NCBI GenBank assembly: GCA_028534125.1
Contig: CM052816.1
Span: 71,922,001 to 71,986,000 of the forward strand
Reading direction: 5' to 3'
Length of the DNA stretch: 64,000 nucleotides
Source of the DNA: Lama glama
Lineage: Eukaryota
Shown here: positions 1 to 13,267 of the stretch, piece by piece
How the letters are laid out: each line of letters starts with the position of its first letter
Numbering within the stretch: the stretch's first letter is position 1
Position numbers and translations under genes: made by a program
Notes under the pieces: model-generated
Told to the model about the DNA's origin: nothing
Database searches by the model: none
Seen by the model: only the letters and a program-made list of their open reading frames with translations

Positions 1-1345
1 CTACGCTCCAACTGTCTTCTGAGGGAAGTTCCTCCACTAACCACACCTCAGCAGATCTAGGCAGGTCCAAACGTGCCCCGAATGCTCCACTTTTCATATG
101 TGAGATACAAGGCTGGTCATCCCATCTCATGACATCGCCTGCCAAGGAGCCAGAAATACCATGGTAAAGAAAGCAGGATATACTCTCAAGCAAACTCAGC
201 AGAAAATGCATTATGTTTCTAAGTAATGTATTTTTTAATGGGTCATAGAAAAACCCAGTGGGAAGTCCTCGGATTCAGAATTATCTACCACAACCATAGA
301 GCTTTGGGGCCATAATTGCCTAAAGAATAATTTCAGTAAGAGGACATATGGAGGCACAAATTTTTCTGGATGGCTGAGTGCCTTATTTCTCCTGAATCTA
401 TAGCTATTTGACAATCTCTGTATGCTTTACAGATGAAAGGATGATGCCTGGCTAGAAGCAGGGAGACACATGATATACATATGGCATACATGGACTATCT
501 ATGTAAGGGTTGCCCAAAAAAAAAAAATCCTTTGCCTCCTGAACTATTTGAATTCTCTTCTGAATGATGGACACCTACCTGTTCCTGCAATCTTATTTAC
601 ACGGCCTCCTCAGGAATAATTTGTTAAAATAGAAATAATGTTTACACTGCTCAGGTAACCAAAAGGAAACCCTTTATTTCACAAGCTGCATACATAAGGG
701 CTCACTGGATCCAATATCAAAGCTTTTTACTCTTTACCAACTTTCTGCTCACTAACTAGCCGGTCTGGGCTCTCAGTCTAATCTCCTGTGTGAGCAGCAG
801 GAAGACTTCAGGCACAGCTAACCTACTGATCACTCCATCCCCCTTTTTACCTCACTGAGAAAATACTTAAGAACAATTGAGATATTTATTTCTCTTTCAT
901 CAATCTTTGTTTCTCTTTCTAAATCTATAGATGAGCCAAAATATTGATAAAATTCCCATTCTATTAATTTTCCTGAAAAACTTTCTTCCTAACACCAACA
1001 TCATAATTGAAATAACTAGAAATTGGTTATCTACAGAAGGTCAAGTTCTCTCCAATTATCTAATCAGAATGTCTTCATTATTCTTACACGTGAGCTTTTC
1101 TGTGAACAAGCTAATATCATTTTTTGAAAAATTAGGTATGAACATTCCTTTCATAACCAATATAAAGATAAATATTCTCTCTGCACTGGTAATAGCATAG
1201 AGGCATATGTTTCAGGGTCTAAGTCCCTTAATTCAGAATTCTTCTTAAGAAGTTCGTTCGCTTGTTGGTTATTTATAGTCAAAAAGAAATGTTCAACATC
1301 AATGATGCTAAAATCACACTAACTGCATCTCCTTCCTTTTATCAC

Positions 1346-1365
1346 CAGCAGCAGCAGCAGCAGCA
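1346..1365. repeat. (CAG)6 trinucleotide microsatellite
   Basis: cagcagcagcagcagcagca read directly. Confidence 0.9.
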
Positions 1366-4300
1366 TCTTACCTTTGTTTGGTTTTCGTGACAGTCTGTTT
1401 GTCCAGAACACGTTGTTATTTTGCCTATGTCTGTACTTCAGGTTTGAGTCATTTTTACCTAAGTAATCCATTACTAGCTCAATTAAAATAGCCCAAAGCA
1501 GATGTGTTTTCAGAACTGACTAAGAGCACACATCTTACTTGAGATACTGCAAACTTTAAAATCTATTGTGTGATCAATTATTTTGTCCAGTTATATTGCT
1601 TGATTATCTCAATACTAAAGGGTGGACAATCTAAACTTCTAAAAGAATATTCTATAAAAATAGAAGAATATTGTATAAAATCATCATTCCAAACCCCCTC
1701 AAATGGCCCTCATTTTTATAAGAGAACACATGGTGATCTTCCACTGTCATATGAGGTAATTCCAGTAAGGATATAAGAGGAATTAACAAAAGCTTCTTCA
1801 TTGGTTGTACTCTGAATCAACTGCTTTTATAAAAATAACTTAATTACTTTTACTATACTTAATATTTTATCTATTGTTTTCTGATGTGAGTTCTAACTTA
1901 AAAATCGTGACTTTTTAAGAAGTATTTCCTGTGTGTCACCTCAAAGACCTTTTAGACCAAGGTATATAACTAAATCACTGATAAATTTATCTTTATAGTA
2001 ACTGAATTCTGTCCCAAGCCAATTCTAAAAGCTTAGAGTTCTTTGAAAATAACTGAATACCTGATTTAGTAGTAGACATTTCTATAAGAAATGTGAAGGA
2101 AATGTATTTGCTTTCATAGAAAATGCACATGTCTGCAGAATACATACATGCTGTCCATCAGTAAATATTAAAAATTATCATGGCAGATTCTGAGTTGCTT
2201 GATTAAAATTCAAATTCATCTTTCTCTTGAGCATTTATATTCAAATAATGTAAATATTAGCTCATTTGATGTTGTCATTAGGATATTTTAGCATTGCCAT
2301 GCACTCTTAGGAAAAAAAAATAAGTTTTTGTTGACCATCATGTTGAAGGAACGTACACTGTGAAAGAAATGCATCTGTGAAATCTTTGAAACTCGATGGA
2401 CAAGCCTGCCGGTGACGCACGAGGACATTCTCCTTTCTCTTTCCAGCACATTTTGTTTATTTTCAGAGCAGGTGTTTTATTGCCATTGGGGGAGGGGGAA
2501 GCGTCTGGAAACAGCCTCATCACAGACAAACAAATCAGCACCACCACACTGTCAGTTCCAGGAAAAGAGATGGTGTTTTTTTTCCCCTCTTTGTCTTAAA
2601 GATCATCTGGTAACCTAAGAGACAATGTTTAACTGGGGGCTTTATACTTCCTACTAAGTAGGTACCCGGGGTGGAGGCAGGCAGAGGGTGTCACCTCACA
2701 GGAAGTGCTACTGTTAGATTTGGTCATTTCTCTCCCTTTGTCTCTGGGATGGCTCGGGAAGTGCACTGCCCCATGTCACCATATGCAGAGTGTATCATAT
2801 GTCATCAAAACAACTGCTAGTCCTGGGTGATGAGAGCAGGATACTTAATTGCTGAGGCCTTTTCATCTGTTCTGAGTTTGGGCTGGCCCACACTGTATGA
2901 TATAAGCAGAACGATACATAAGGCAGATTTGCTCCCACCCCCATCACACCCACCTCCCCACACCCCAAATCCTATGCCACTACCCCATCCCACCCTACCC
3001 CCTGTGGCATCAGACCTTTGACTATATTTCTGTAAGAAATTATTTGGGTTTGGCCTCTCTTAGAGCCAAGGTCTCTCACTTCCAGCAATCTTCACAAACG
3101 GCTCATTTTATTAAAAACACATTAAGACAAACATACAGAAAACTTTAAAAAGTCACTGATGGGTGTTTTTATGATGTTCGGTTGGTAAGACAAACTTTGC
3201 CAATTTTGACTTATCAAACTTGATGGTAGGATGAAAGATGTCCTTCTCTATCTCTCATCTTCCCCCATCAACTACACCTGCAAAGTGAATGAAAGAGGTC
3301 GTCTGGTTTAGAATGTACAGTTCTTTATTTAGTTGAGTAATGAGGAAGACTTATATTGAGAGGTTTTTGTGGTTGATTTGTTTTTTGGTGGGTTGTTTAG
3401 TTTCAGGGTGTTTTGTTTGGTTTTGTTTGGTTTATTTATTTATTTATTTTTGCTTCTGCCACTGAGCTGCCTGCACTGTGAACAATCTTAGCACAGAGGT
3501 TGAAAAAAATACAATAAAGCTTTGAGAGTGAAAATTGCCCACATGCCTCACGAAAGGTTCAGGCTGGTAATGACAAGAAGACACAAACCAATTGTTTATT
3601 TTTGTCCTGCCTCCAGCAATATTTTTAGCTTACCACATATCTTTTTCATATGGATGTGAGTTTTCCGCAATGAAAAATATATGCTAAGAAGAAGAATGTC
3701 TGCAATTAACTAAAATAAAAGAGCAAACTCCCCATGTGCTCCATGGTGCAATAAAGGCAAAGGGGCTCTTTGTGAAGAGACATTGCTCCAGGAAAATTCC
3801 TTTCTCTAACTGTGATGCATTTGCTTCTATTCTGCATCGTGAACCTCCTGAAAATAGAAACTTTATGTTTAATTGATTTATTTGTAATGAATCTGGCTCG
3901 GGGTAAAGACTCTTTGAAGCTGATTGATTACTGACTGCAACAAGCTTAAGATTTCATACCACAACAAACCTTTTTGTACTAATAAACAGTGGGACAATAA
4001 AGCTCTGGGGCATGGTGTTTCCCTTCACATTAAAGTGAGGATTTGCAACTTAAGTATGTGAGGGACATAGTTTATGTGCTCCCAAGAAGCAGACATAATG
4101 AACTATTTCTTTTAATGGCAGATTATCCCTGTTTCTATTTCCTGGAGTGAAGACCTCGCAAATTGATGTATCTGTCCTCTGAGGTTTTCAGAGAGGCATT
4201 ATGGCATTTTAAAATATTAATATGAGAGTACATTTAGCTGAAAGTAGCTAGTCTAGGAGTCTCATGTGGCTGCAGTGCAGGTCACCAGGGACCTCCTGTC

Positions 4301-6729
4301 TCTCAAGGCAAATGATTTACTCTAAGTGTATCATTAAGATACACTTTTTGGGAATTTATGATGGTGCTTTTTCACCAAGTTATACCTTTTCCATAAAAAT
4401 TTAAGTATTTTATGCTATTTTCCCTCACTCTGATTCCTTAAAAACCTGGTCAGTGTCACGGGCAAATTGTAAGTGCCACCTCCTTCACTGCCGCTGTGGG
4501 TTTGGGCTGAACACTGATTAACTAGGACTGGATGTCACATCTTGTTACAACTTTGCAGAGCAGAAGACTATCCTAGGAGATTTGAAAAGAACGACGATTA
4601 TTCCTCCAATAAGGAAAGAGGGGTGGGGGGGGGTGGAGATAAATCCAGACTCAATGCTTGAGTTGGATAATAGAAACAGAGAACTAAGAATCCATATATA
4701 GATGCCAAAGAAGCAATTCAGGAAACTTCCTGTGACTATTAATCTTAAAAATAATCTCCGTATACTTTTAAAGTTCCCTTTGAAGTAGCAGGTGACTTGG
4801 TTTAGCCACCACCACCCTGCTCCCCTCGCTTTTCAGATTTAAAAAAAAAATGATAAGAAATTGGGAGATGGCTAAGTAGCATATCTGAGGCAGAGAGAGA
4901 AAAGGACTCAATCCCAGGTTCTCTTGCGTTGTTTATTATTCGCGATGATCATTAGATGTTAAGGCCGGGCTTGATAAACAAAAGTAAGCTTCTCTCCACT
5001 GCCGTGAGACAGGTTGGGGTTTAGTCTGGATAGTTTAGTGACGCCTTGAGTAATCTTTTTAGTCATCGAAATAATTCAAGCAAACGTGATGCCTTCATCA
5101 TGTAGGTCTGTGAGGGGCTGTCCACAAGCGTACCTCAGTGTCTGCCCTCCATCTGATTCTGAAGTTACTGCGGCATAAACACACCCCCGTTCTCTCTCAT
5201 CTTGTGCCCCTAGGCACTGTGATGTTGTAAGGACAGCCAGAACAGAAGTGTCTGTGGTGCACGTGCCTTTGTGTGATCATGGAGGTGAGTTTTCAAACTT
5301 CTACCTCTAAAGATATGATTCGATTTAAAGACTAGGCTCAAATGGAGAAATCTTTTAAAATAGTAATGAAGACTCCAACTTAGAAAGTCCTGATTTTTTT
5401 TTTCTGACAAAGGACAAACCATTTAGTTACTTTATTTAGATTAGAAATCCATCGTCAATTGGAATAAAGCCAACATAACATCACAGCAGTAAATATCAAA
5501 TTCCGTCAGTGCGACTCTGCAGGGCTCCCTGTGACCGGACGATCATCTCACTAATGATAACTATCAGCAGCAAAGGAACTAGTGAAAGCAGCAGAGGCTT
5601 ACTCTTCAAGCAACATCTCTTAAAATAGTCTGCCTGGTTCTATTAGCATGTCTCTGAATGCTGTTTACAAAGGAACATTACAAACTTCCTTGAGTACGAA
5701 GACTATGAGTCCTGTATATGCGTTCTGAAAACGTTTTTCAGCTTACCTATAAATTGATGCAAGATCACAAAAATGATGAATGAAAAAGAAAATACTCTTA
5801 TTAAATGACAAAACCCTGTCTGTGCTGTCTACAAACATAATGACCTCAGTTGACTCTTTCTATTGGATATACACAACTGTCAAGACAAAGATGTTTTTAA
5901 AAAATGATTGAGCGATGCAATTATATTAAGTGGCAATAACCTTCACTTTATACAGAAATTGGCTTTTCCTTATGGGTAGAACGTGAAGTTTGTATTGTTT
6001 AAAATGAGATGGTTAATTGTAAGCTGACTCTGGAGTGAATATTCAAAGGATTCTTATTTAAATTTTTACTGAAGGCTAATATGATCTTAGGAAAACAAAG
6101 ATTTATATTTCAAAATCTAAACCAGTGGAATGTAATCATCAATGTTTGCAAAGAGCTGTCAGCATCTACTCACTAACCAGATTTCACTACTTTCTGTCTA
6201 GACCAGATTCACCTAATACTTTATTGATAAAAACATTTTGTATTTATATCTTAATTCTCATTTAGAGAACTTATAAGGCTTCGCAGACATTACCTCATTC
6301 AAATGTTCACAATGCGTCTATGAGGTGACAAGCATTATAAATGTTAATGATGATAAAATATCAATATTTATATAGCGACTTTTTTTTCATCAAGTTCAGA
6401 GAATTTCTGTTAGATGTGTTTTTTCACTCCTCACAAAACCAAAATGATGTCGATTAAAAGCAAGAATTATTGATCCTAAAGTACATGTGATTTTCTTCAC
6501 GTATGTTGCTTTTGGAAAACGGCAGGAAGTTAGGAGACACACTGAGCCTATGGAATTGACAATACCAGGATTTGGTTGGATTTATTTGAATAATATTTGA
6601 AAAGCATCTTTATGGATATATCCTTATTCCTTCGGCTGCTAGCAAGAATTATGTTCTTAATGATGCCTCCTTGCCTGAGTTAGTGTGTTTCCTTGAGTAC
6701 CTGCTACTTTTCTCACCCGCACTGTACAT

Positions 6730-6945
6730 GTGAAGTCAGAAGACTCGGAGTGAGGACCCACTAGGCTTCATCTTAGTTTTTGCCTTAGTGAGATCACTGA
6801 ACTTTCCATAGCCTCACCTTCCTCACATAAAAATGGGAATACAATAGTTGCCTTAGTTCCCAGCAAGATTGTTTGGGACACCAAACTGGACAGTATTTGG
6901 GAAAGTGAGTTGTGCATCGTGAAACACTTCTCAAATGAAAGTTAT
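6730..6945 (+). mobile_element. MIR SINE (degenerate)
   Basis: core-like 'gcctcaccttcctcacataaaaatgggaatacaatagt' resembles MIR core cctcagtttcctcatctgtaaaatgggg. Confidence 0.65.
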
Positions 6946-9644
6946 GTGTATATGTGTAATATTATCCATTACCAACAAATAAATAATGAAACTGTAATGA
7001 ATTTCACTTCTGTTATTCATATCATCACAATTGATATGCTGAACAGAACTAACTGGTTGAAAATACATCAGCGTTTTTAAATACTTTTATATTAAGATGC
7101 AGGATTGTAACCTACTGAAAGAGCTCAATAGGTTATTGCAAGAATCAACTGATACAAAGCACAGAAAAGAAATCTGTATTTTGTAATTCTAATCGTTATA
7201 TTTCGGTAGTAACTACATTAATTTATTTGATTTATATCTTTCCCAAAACACTATAAATATTTTCCCCCAATGGAAAAAGTCATATCAAAACTTATCTGGC
7301 TTTGTATTTTACAACCAACATTAATTTCATCAAAGTGCACTAATGAAAAGGGCAAAGTTCAGGAAATTTGAGGAGATTCGGTTGTATAATGCTCGCTACT
7401 CCTCGTTACGATAGAAAGTTAAAGATCATCAGCAGAAAACGATTTGTTAAAATCAGTGTTCCCTTATTTTCTTAGACACTGTGAAATTATTGTAACATAG
7501 TTTACCCTCCTGTTTTTCTTATTTTTTCTTGTCAGTGCAACAAGCATTAGACTTTTAGTTTTTAATGAACTGCATCTATCACTGGATGGGTGAGTCATCT
7601 AGTCTTTTTCCCCACAGTTTCCTTTTGAAAAAAAATCTCTTCAAGGATAGTCTCATTTGTGTCTTACGTCATTCAGTTATGTATAGAATTACTCTTTGCA
7701 AAATTGAATAAAACGTCCAAATATAAACACTATATGCTTATAAGGAACTATAAAATCATTTAAAATGATACATTTTTAGCACAAATGTAGATTCAGTGTT
7801 TCCTAATTTACTTTCAATAATGTAAGTACCTATGTTTGCTTAATTGAAGCTTTTTTGTATTTAAATGAACAGTTGCTTCATCACATAAAAATTATTAAAT
7901 CATCTAATTTCCCCCAATGTTAGGAGGTAACCTATCTATTGTTAATTACCATATTCTATCAGGGTTTTAGAAGCAGTTAAAAGGTGGAGAATCTCAAAAT
8001 TGAATCAAAATGAAGTGTTACAATTGCAGAAAGGAAGAAAATTTCTGACTTGACTTTTACTTTAGCATGTTAATTTTTTTAGTGATACTGTTTTTGGAAA
8101 ATAAGCCATAAATAGAATTCCAGTGTTCTTTATAATGCATCTGTACCTGCTAAGCCAAACTTGTCCTGCATAACCCTTTGTTTACATTTAAAACCTAAAT
8201 CTATTGCCTGTTCTCCTGACCAAGAATCTACATGATTCATATCCCTTTTAGAGAGCCACCTAAAAGTAAAACCAAAAAAAAAAAAAAAAGCAATTATAAT
8301 CATTATTGGTAAATGGGCTCTGATGAATTATACCTGAACTTCCTGGAATTAAATTGTTAAACAAGAATGATTTAAGATAATTCCCAATCAAATGAGACAA
8401 ATGGTGGATTCAACTGATGAATTTCTTACCAGATTGCCACACCTAATAGCTACTCTGGGTGCAAATTACATTTGAGTCATTTTTCTCATACTGGACAGAG
8501 AGTTCAGGTGAAAAGGATTAGTAGTTTTTGTTTAGTTCTGAGCCAGTTAAATGAGTGTTATCCAAAAAAGCATACTGGCCATGACAATCTGTCATCTTAG
8601 CTTTAAAAAGAACATGAAAGACAAATGTGCAAGTGGACAAAAATACCTTCTTCATTCATAAGAAAGGGATGGGAATGGCGCTAAGCATTCACAGATCAAA
8701 GTGACATCTACAGCTTATTAATAAATCTTATAACTTTGTAAAGAGAAATATTTCTTCACATGGACTCCAGACACTAATTCAAGAATCATTACATGATAGA
8801 TAAGGACCCTTGAAAGTACCAAGTGGCCAGAGAATAAATACAGAAGGAAGGGTGACAATGCCTAAGTTATGAGATGCTCTAAAATACCATTGGAAAAAGA
8901 GATCTTATGTTATTAATTCTCCCATATCTACCCTTAGGCAAGTTGCCTTGAAAACACTATAACTAGGTCACTTTTTACTGTTTATTTTAACAAATGGGTA
9001 GGATTGCATTAGCATAGGACAAAGTATAAATATTGATTTGAGAACCTAGAGGATACAATAAAACAGCAACCTTTCTAACCCTTTTAAAGAGATCTAGTCA
9101 TAAATAAAGTTCTTCTCCACTGTATTTTTTCCAGAAAAACAATTGATACATAATTCATCCATAAAGCATCTTCATCATTATCTTTACTGATCACTACCCC
9201 AATGTCCTAGTCTTACTAACATTACAGCATATAGATTGCATTTGTCTACCCTTCTAAAAGGGGTGTTTTACCATATTCGGCAATCCTGCTTTATTTATGG
9301 TGCAATCTATAAGGGCAACTTTTAATAGTTCCACATGAGCTGAGTGCTAAAAGACAGAGATGACAAATGTTAGTATATTCTAACCATGATAAAAATAAAA
9401 TCAATAATTGTGCTTTTGGAATCAGGAAAAATAACATTGAACTATTCCAGGTCATGTCTTGTTCATTTATCTCCTATATTTCTATACAAAAAATAATAAT
9501 AATCAAGCAAAGAATATTCATATTCTATAACTATAAATAATCATGAAATCTTTTGATTAAGCAATCTTTATTTAAGTGAATAAAATATATCACAATATTT
9601 TCAGTGACAACACTACAGACACATATGTGTATTAAACTGTCTTA

Positions 9645-9975
9645 GGCACTTTCTTTGAGGACCCACTATGCACCAGACATTAAGCAAAGTCCAGAAAGCA
9701 TAAGACAAATAAGATATCATCTCTGCTCTTTAGGAATTTACAGTCTCACTGTTGGACATGATGCTTAAACAAATATTTACACTACTGCTCCAGTCGGCAA
9801 ATAGGTAACATGTCATCCCTGACTCATCTCTTCCTCTTACAGGTCACATCCAATTAATCAGCAAACCCTATTATCTCTACCTTCAAAATGTGTTCAGCCA
9901 CTTCTTGCCACTTTTACTTCTACCATCTTGGCCCAAGCTACTGCCAAGTCTTACCTGGATTATTGTAATAGTCTC
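9645..9975. mobile_element. two L2 LINE fragments (3' end on -, then internal piece on +)
   Basis: 'ggacccactatgcaccagac...ctctgctctttaggaatttacagtct' and 'cttacctggattattgtaatagtctc' are L2-like motifs. Confidence 0.55.
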
Positions 9976-9989
9976 TGTCTTAAGTAAAG

Positions 9990-10865
9990 GCATCACTAAT
10001 AACAGGTTAGAAGTTACAGGGCCACTTAAAATGCAGCCTGGACCAGCAGCAGAGCCCTTTGCTGTCCTGGGACCCACTCCAACTTAGCAGCTTTTCCTTT
10101 CACACGGGAGATGGATTGGGGCACTGTTCCCAAGAATAAAATATGTGCTCTCTAGAACCTGCAAAGCCTGTGCTTCCTTCTTCTAATTTAGAGGGGATGT
10201 TCTGGTGGGTACCAGACCTCTGCACCCCTAAAAACTTTACTGATGTTCAGAATGTCTATCAGCACCCTGTGCAGCACATAGGTCTTACCAAGGCCTCTAA
10301 TGTACCAGTGTTCACCAGTTAACAAAATATTAGCAACATAGTGGATCAATATGATATTCTGTAGAATGTCCAAAAAATCCAGACCCCTGGACCATAATAT
10401 GGTCCCCCTGTGGACCATATTATGACAGACAGCAGGAGAGACAACATACCCTTGGAGCAAGACTTCCTCATATACTGTTGCCTGACCCAAATGGATACAA
10501 GCTGTTTCCGATCTCCGATCAAATGATTTCCTTCCTGATAGGCACGGAGAAGAACCATACACCATGTGCTTGAGGTTGTTTTACTATATTTAAGCAAATT
10601 TGCCATATCAGCCACAGCATTTCCAATAAGAACTTCTACCTGGCTGAATCTGCGGTACACCACTGTCACCCACCAGAATCCATCTGGTTTTGTAGGAGCC
10701 AGTCTGATAAATTAAAGGGGTATGTGATGAGAAACACTTCTGCACTTATCTTAAAGGTGTTACTAATCTCTCCCATTCTCCCTAGGATGTGATCTTATTT
10801 TTTATTTAGTCTACTGGCTGGAGGAGAGGTAGTTTTCACAGCTTCTACCTGGCCTTCTCCGCAAT
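9990..10865 (-). mobile_element. ERVL-class internal region, decayed reverse transcriptase (pol)
   Basis: - strand ORFs 10346-10669 (MTVVYRRFSQV..AVADMANLL) and 10188-10565 (VLLQGYVVSPAVCHNMV..LQNIILIHYVANILL) match ERVL RT motifs (MTVDYRKLNQV; LPQGY.NSPALCHN; YIDD decayed to YVAN); frameshifted. Confidence 0.85.
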
Positions 10866-10879
10866 GATAGCAAAAATGT

Positions 10880-11895
10880 ATTCGATTATTTGTTTATGTA
10901 TATATATCATATGTATTATATATGCTAATATATCCTTATGTATGCTTGTATATAAGTGAAACAAATCATTGCAATGATACAAGAAAGGAATTATGATTAT
11001 TTTGTTATTAGTATATTACATACCCATGGACTGGTATAATGTTATTTGAAAGTGGACTTGGATTAGTTATAACTGTATGTTGGAAACTCTAAGGCAACCA
11101 CTCAAAAAAGTCAAAAAATAAATATAACTAATATGCAAAGAAAGGAGAGGAAATGGAGTCATTTAAACTGCTTTATTAAAACCAGAAAAGCTAGAAAGAG
11201 GGTGGGAGACAAAAATAGGAGCAAAGAGCAAGGGCGACAAGTAGAAAACAGTAATGAATATGGTAGATACTAATTCAGCTACATTAACAATCACTTTGAG
11301 ACTCTGTGGCCAAAATTCACCGATTAAAAGACAGAGACGGTCAGAGTGGATCAAAAAATCATGACCCAACTATATATTGTCTCCAAAAACCCACTTTAAA
11401 TATAAAGACACAAGTAGATTAAAAGTAAATGGCTGGAGAAAAATATACCACGCTAATACTAATTTAAAGAAAGCAGGAGTAGCTATATTAATTTCAGAAG
11501 TAGCAGGTTTCAAAGTAAGGAAAGTTATCAGGAATAAAGGGCATTGCATAAAGATGAAGTGTCAATTCTTCAAGTAGATATGACAATTCTTGATTCTGTG
11601 TATGTGCCTAACAACAGAGCATCAGACTACATGAGGTAAAAACTGAACTGCAAAGGAAACACATGAATCCTCTATCATAGTTAGAGACTTCAACACCCTT
11701 CTCTCAGAAATGATTAGTAAGGACAGAGTGGAACTCAACAGCACTATCAATCAACTGTATACAGTTGGTACCTATAGTCTCCTCCATCCAACATCAGCTG
11801 AGTACACGTTCTTCACAAGCTCACAGGGAATATTCAACAAGACGAACCACATTCTGGTTCATAAAATACACTTAACAAATTGAAAGAAAAGGAGA
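10880..11895 (+). mobile_element. old L1 (L1M-type) inter-ORF plus ORF2 endonuclease fragment
   Basis: ORF 11377-11577 THFKYKDTSRLKVNGWRKIYHANTNLKKAGVAILIS is L1 ORF2 EN-like; multiple stops and frameshifts. Confidence 0.9.
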
Positions 11896-11904
11896 CAAAG
11901 AAAC

Positions 11905-12288
11905 CAAACAGCAGCTTCTTCCCCTAGTTGCAAAAAAAGATTGCAGCAATTCCAACAGTTTACATAGGTGTCCCTCTTCAGTAATTGCCCTGGGCTTCTA
12001 CACCCAAAAGTATGCCCCTTCCCACAGGAGAGGCCCCATCCAATGACTTGTTGATGTGGGGATGCAAAGGCCTGGCCTCTGATGAGGACATCCCTAAAGG
12101 ACCACACCAGCTCCCTTTTGATTGATTGTGTGAGATCTTGGCTACGACTCCATTGCAGTTCAGCCCTTTTTTTTGAACAGTGTTTCTCCCCTCGCTCTTA
12201 GGTGTTCACAAGACCACTCCGTTCTTGTCTCCCTGCACAACAAATCCCTGTCTCAGACTCTGTTGACCAGGGAACCCAACCTGAGACA
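11905..12288 (+). mobile_element. LTR16-like ERVL LTR
   Basis: ends 'ctgcacaacaaatccctgtctcagactctgttgaccagggaacccaacctgagaca', as in the LTR16 3' terminus. Confidence 0.7.
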
Positions 12289-12815
12289 TTCAGTTAATGA
12301 AAGACTATGCGATTGAGGGAAGTGATGCTCTACTCTGTATTTACTGACAAAAATGGTACGACCTACTGTTCCCTAAGAAAAGAAAGCTGTCAACGATGAG
12401 TTACTAGTTTACCTCTTTATAGAAAATATAAATGTGTTTATGTGTGTAAAATACGAGCACACACTTGTATAAACCCATACTCACAGAGAGAGATCTAGAA
12501 AGATGTTAGCCCAAATACTGTATAGTGTCATTCTCATAGTAGCAAGTACTGTGCTGATTTTGCTCACTGCTTTAGTGATGCACCAACTCACTAGGACCAA
12601 CCATAATGCCTTGGGCATAATAGGTGCTCAATAGATACTTATTGAATCAAAATTACAATTAATTTATTAATTAATTAACATCAAGACTATAGGATTTCAC
12701 ATGATTACATTTGTCTTCGTATTTCCCAGAATTGTTTCGAGCTATTATAATGATTATGTAACAAAAAATCCATTAACATTTTAAAATATATGTGCACATA
12801 TGTATCTATGTACAT

Positions 12816-12853
<38 letters not shown>
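12816..12853. repeat. (TG)n(TA)n compound microsatellite
   Basis: read directly. Confidence 0.95.
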
Positions 12854-13207
12854 GCATATATACTTCAGTTCAGACCATTTAGTCTTCCTGATCAAAAAGA
12901 AATTGTCTTAAGGGGGAAGAGAATGACAAAGGATCATCTATCAAAAAAGTGTTTTAACATCAAATTCCCAATAAATGCTGTGTCTGAGAAGCCACATGAA
13001 GTCGTATTCAATTTTCTTCCAGTGATGAGAGAAGATGATCAAAGTACATGTGAAGAATCAGGTGTTTTGGAGAATGTGCTATATTTTACAATAGAAAGTG
13101 ACATCAATTATCTCCCACTGCACTCAGGAATGTATCTAGTCTGCAGGAGACCTTCATCATACTCCACCTCCCCACCCCCACCTCCCACAGTAACAGGTAG
13201 TGGTCAG

Positions 13208-13267
13208 TGCTTAAAAGATACCCATGTGCTGTCAGTAACTTGCTTAAAAGATACCCATGTGCTGTCA
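13208..13267 (+). repeat. 27-bp perfect direct duplication with 6-bp spacer
   Basis: tgcttaaaagatacccatgtgctgtca at 13208-13234 and 13241-13267. Confidence 0.95.

Noticed and set aside
10188..10669. Reverse-transcriptase-like ORFs as a domesticated or active RT system
   Set aside because: Catalytic YxDD is decayed (YVAN) and the frames are broken; ordinary ERVL fossil
13208..13267. CRISPR-like repeat-spacer
   Set aside because: Only two copies with a 6-bp spacer, in a eukaryotic context with no cas genes
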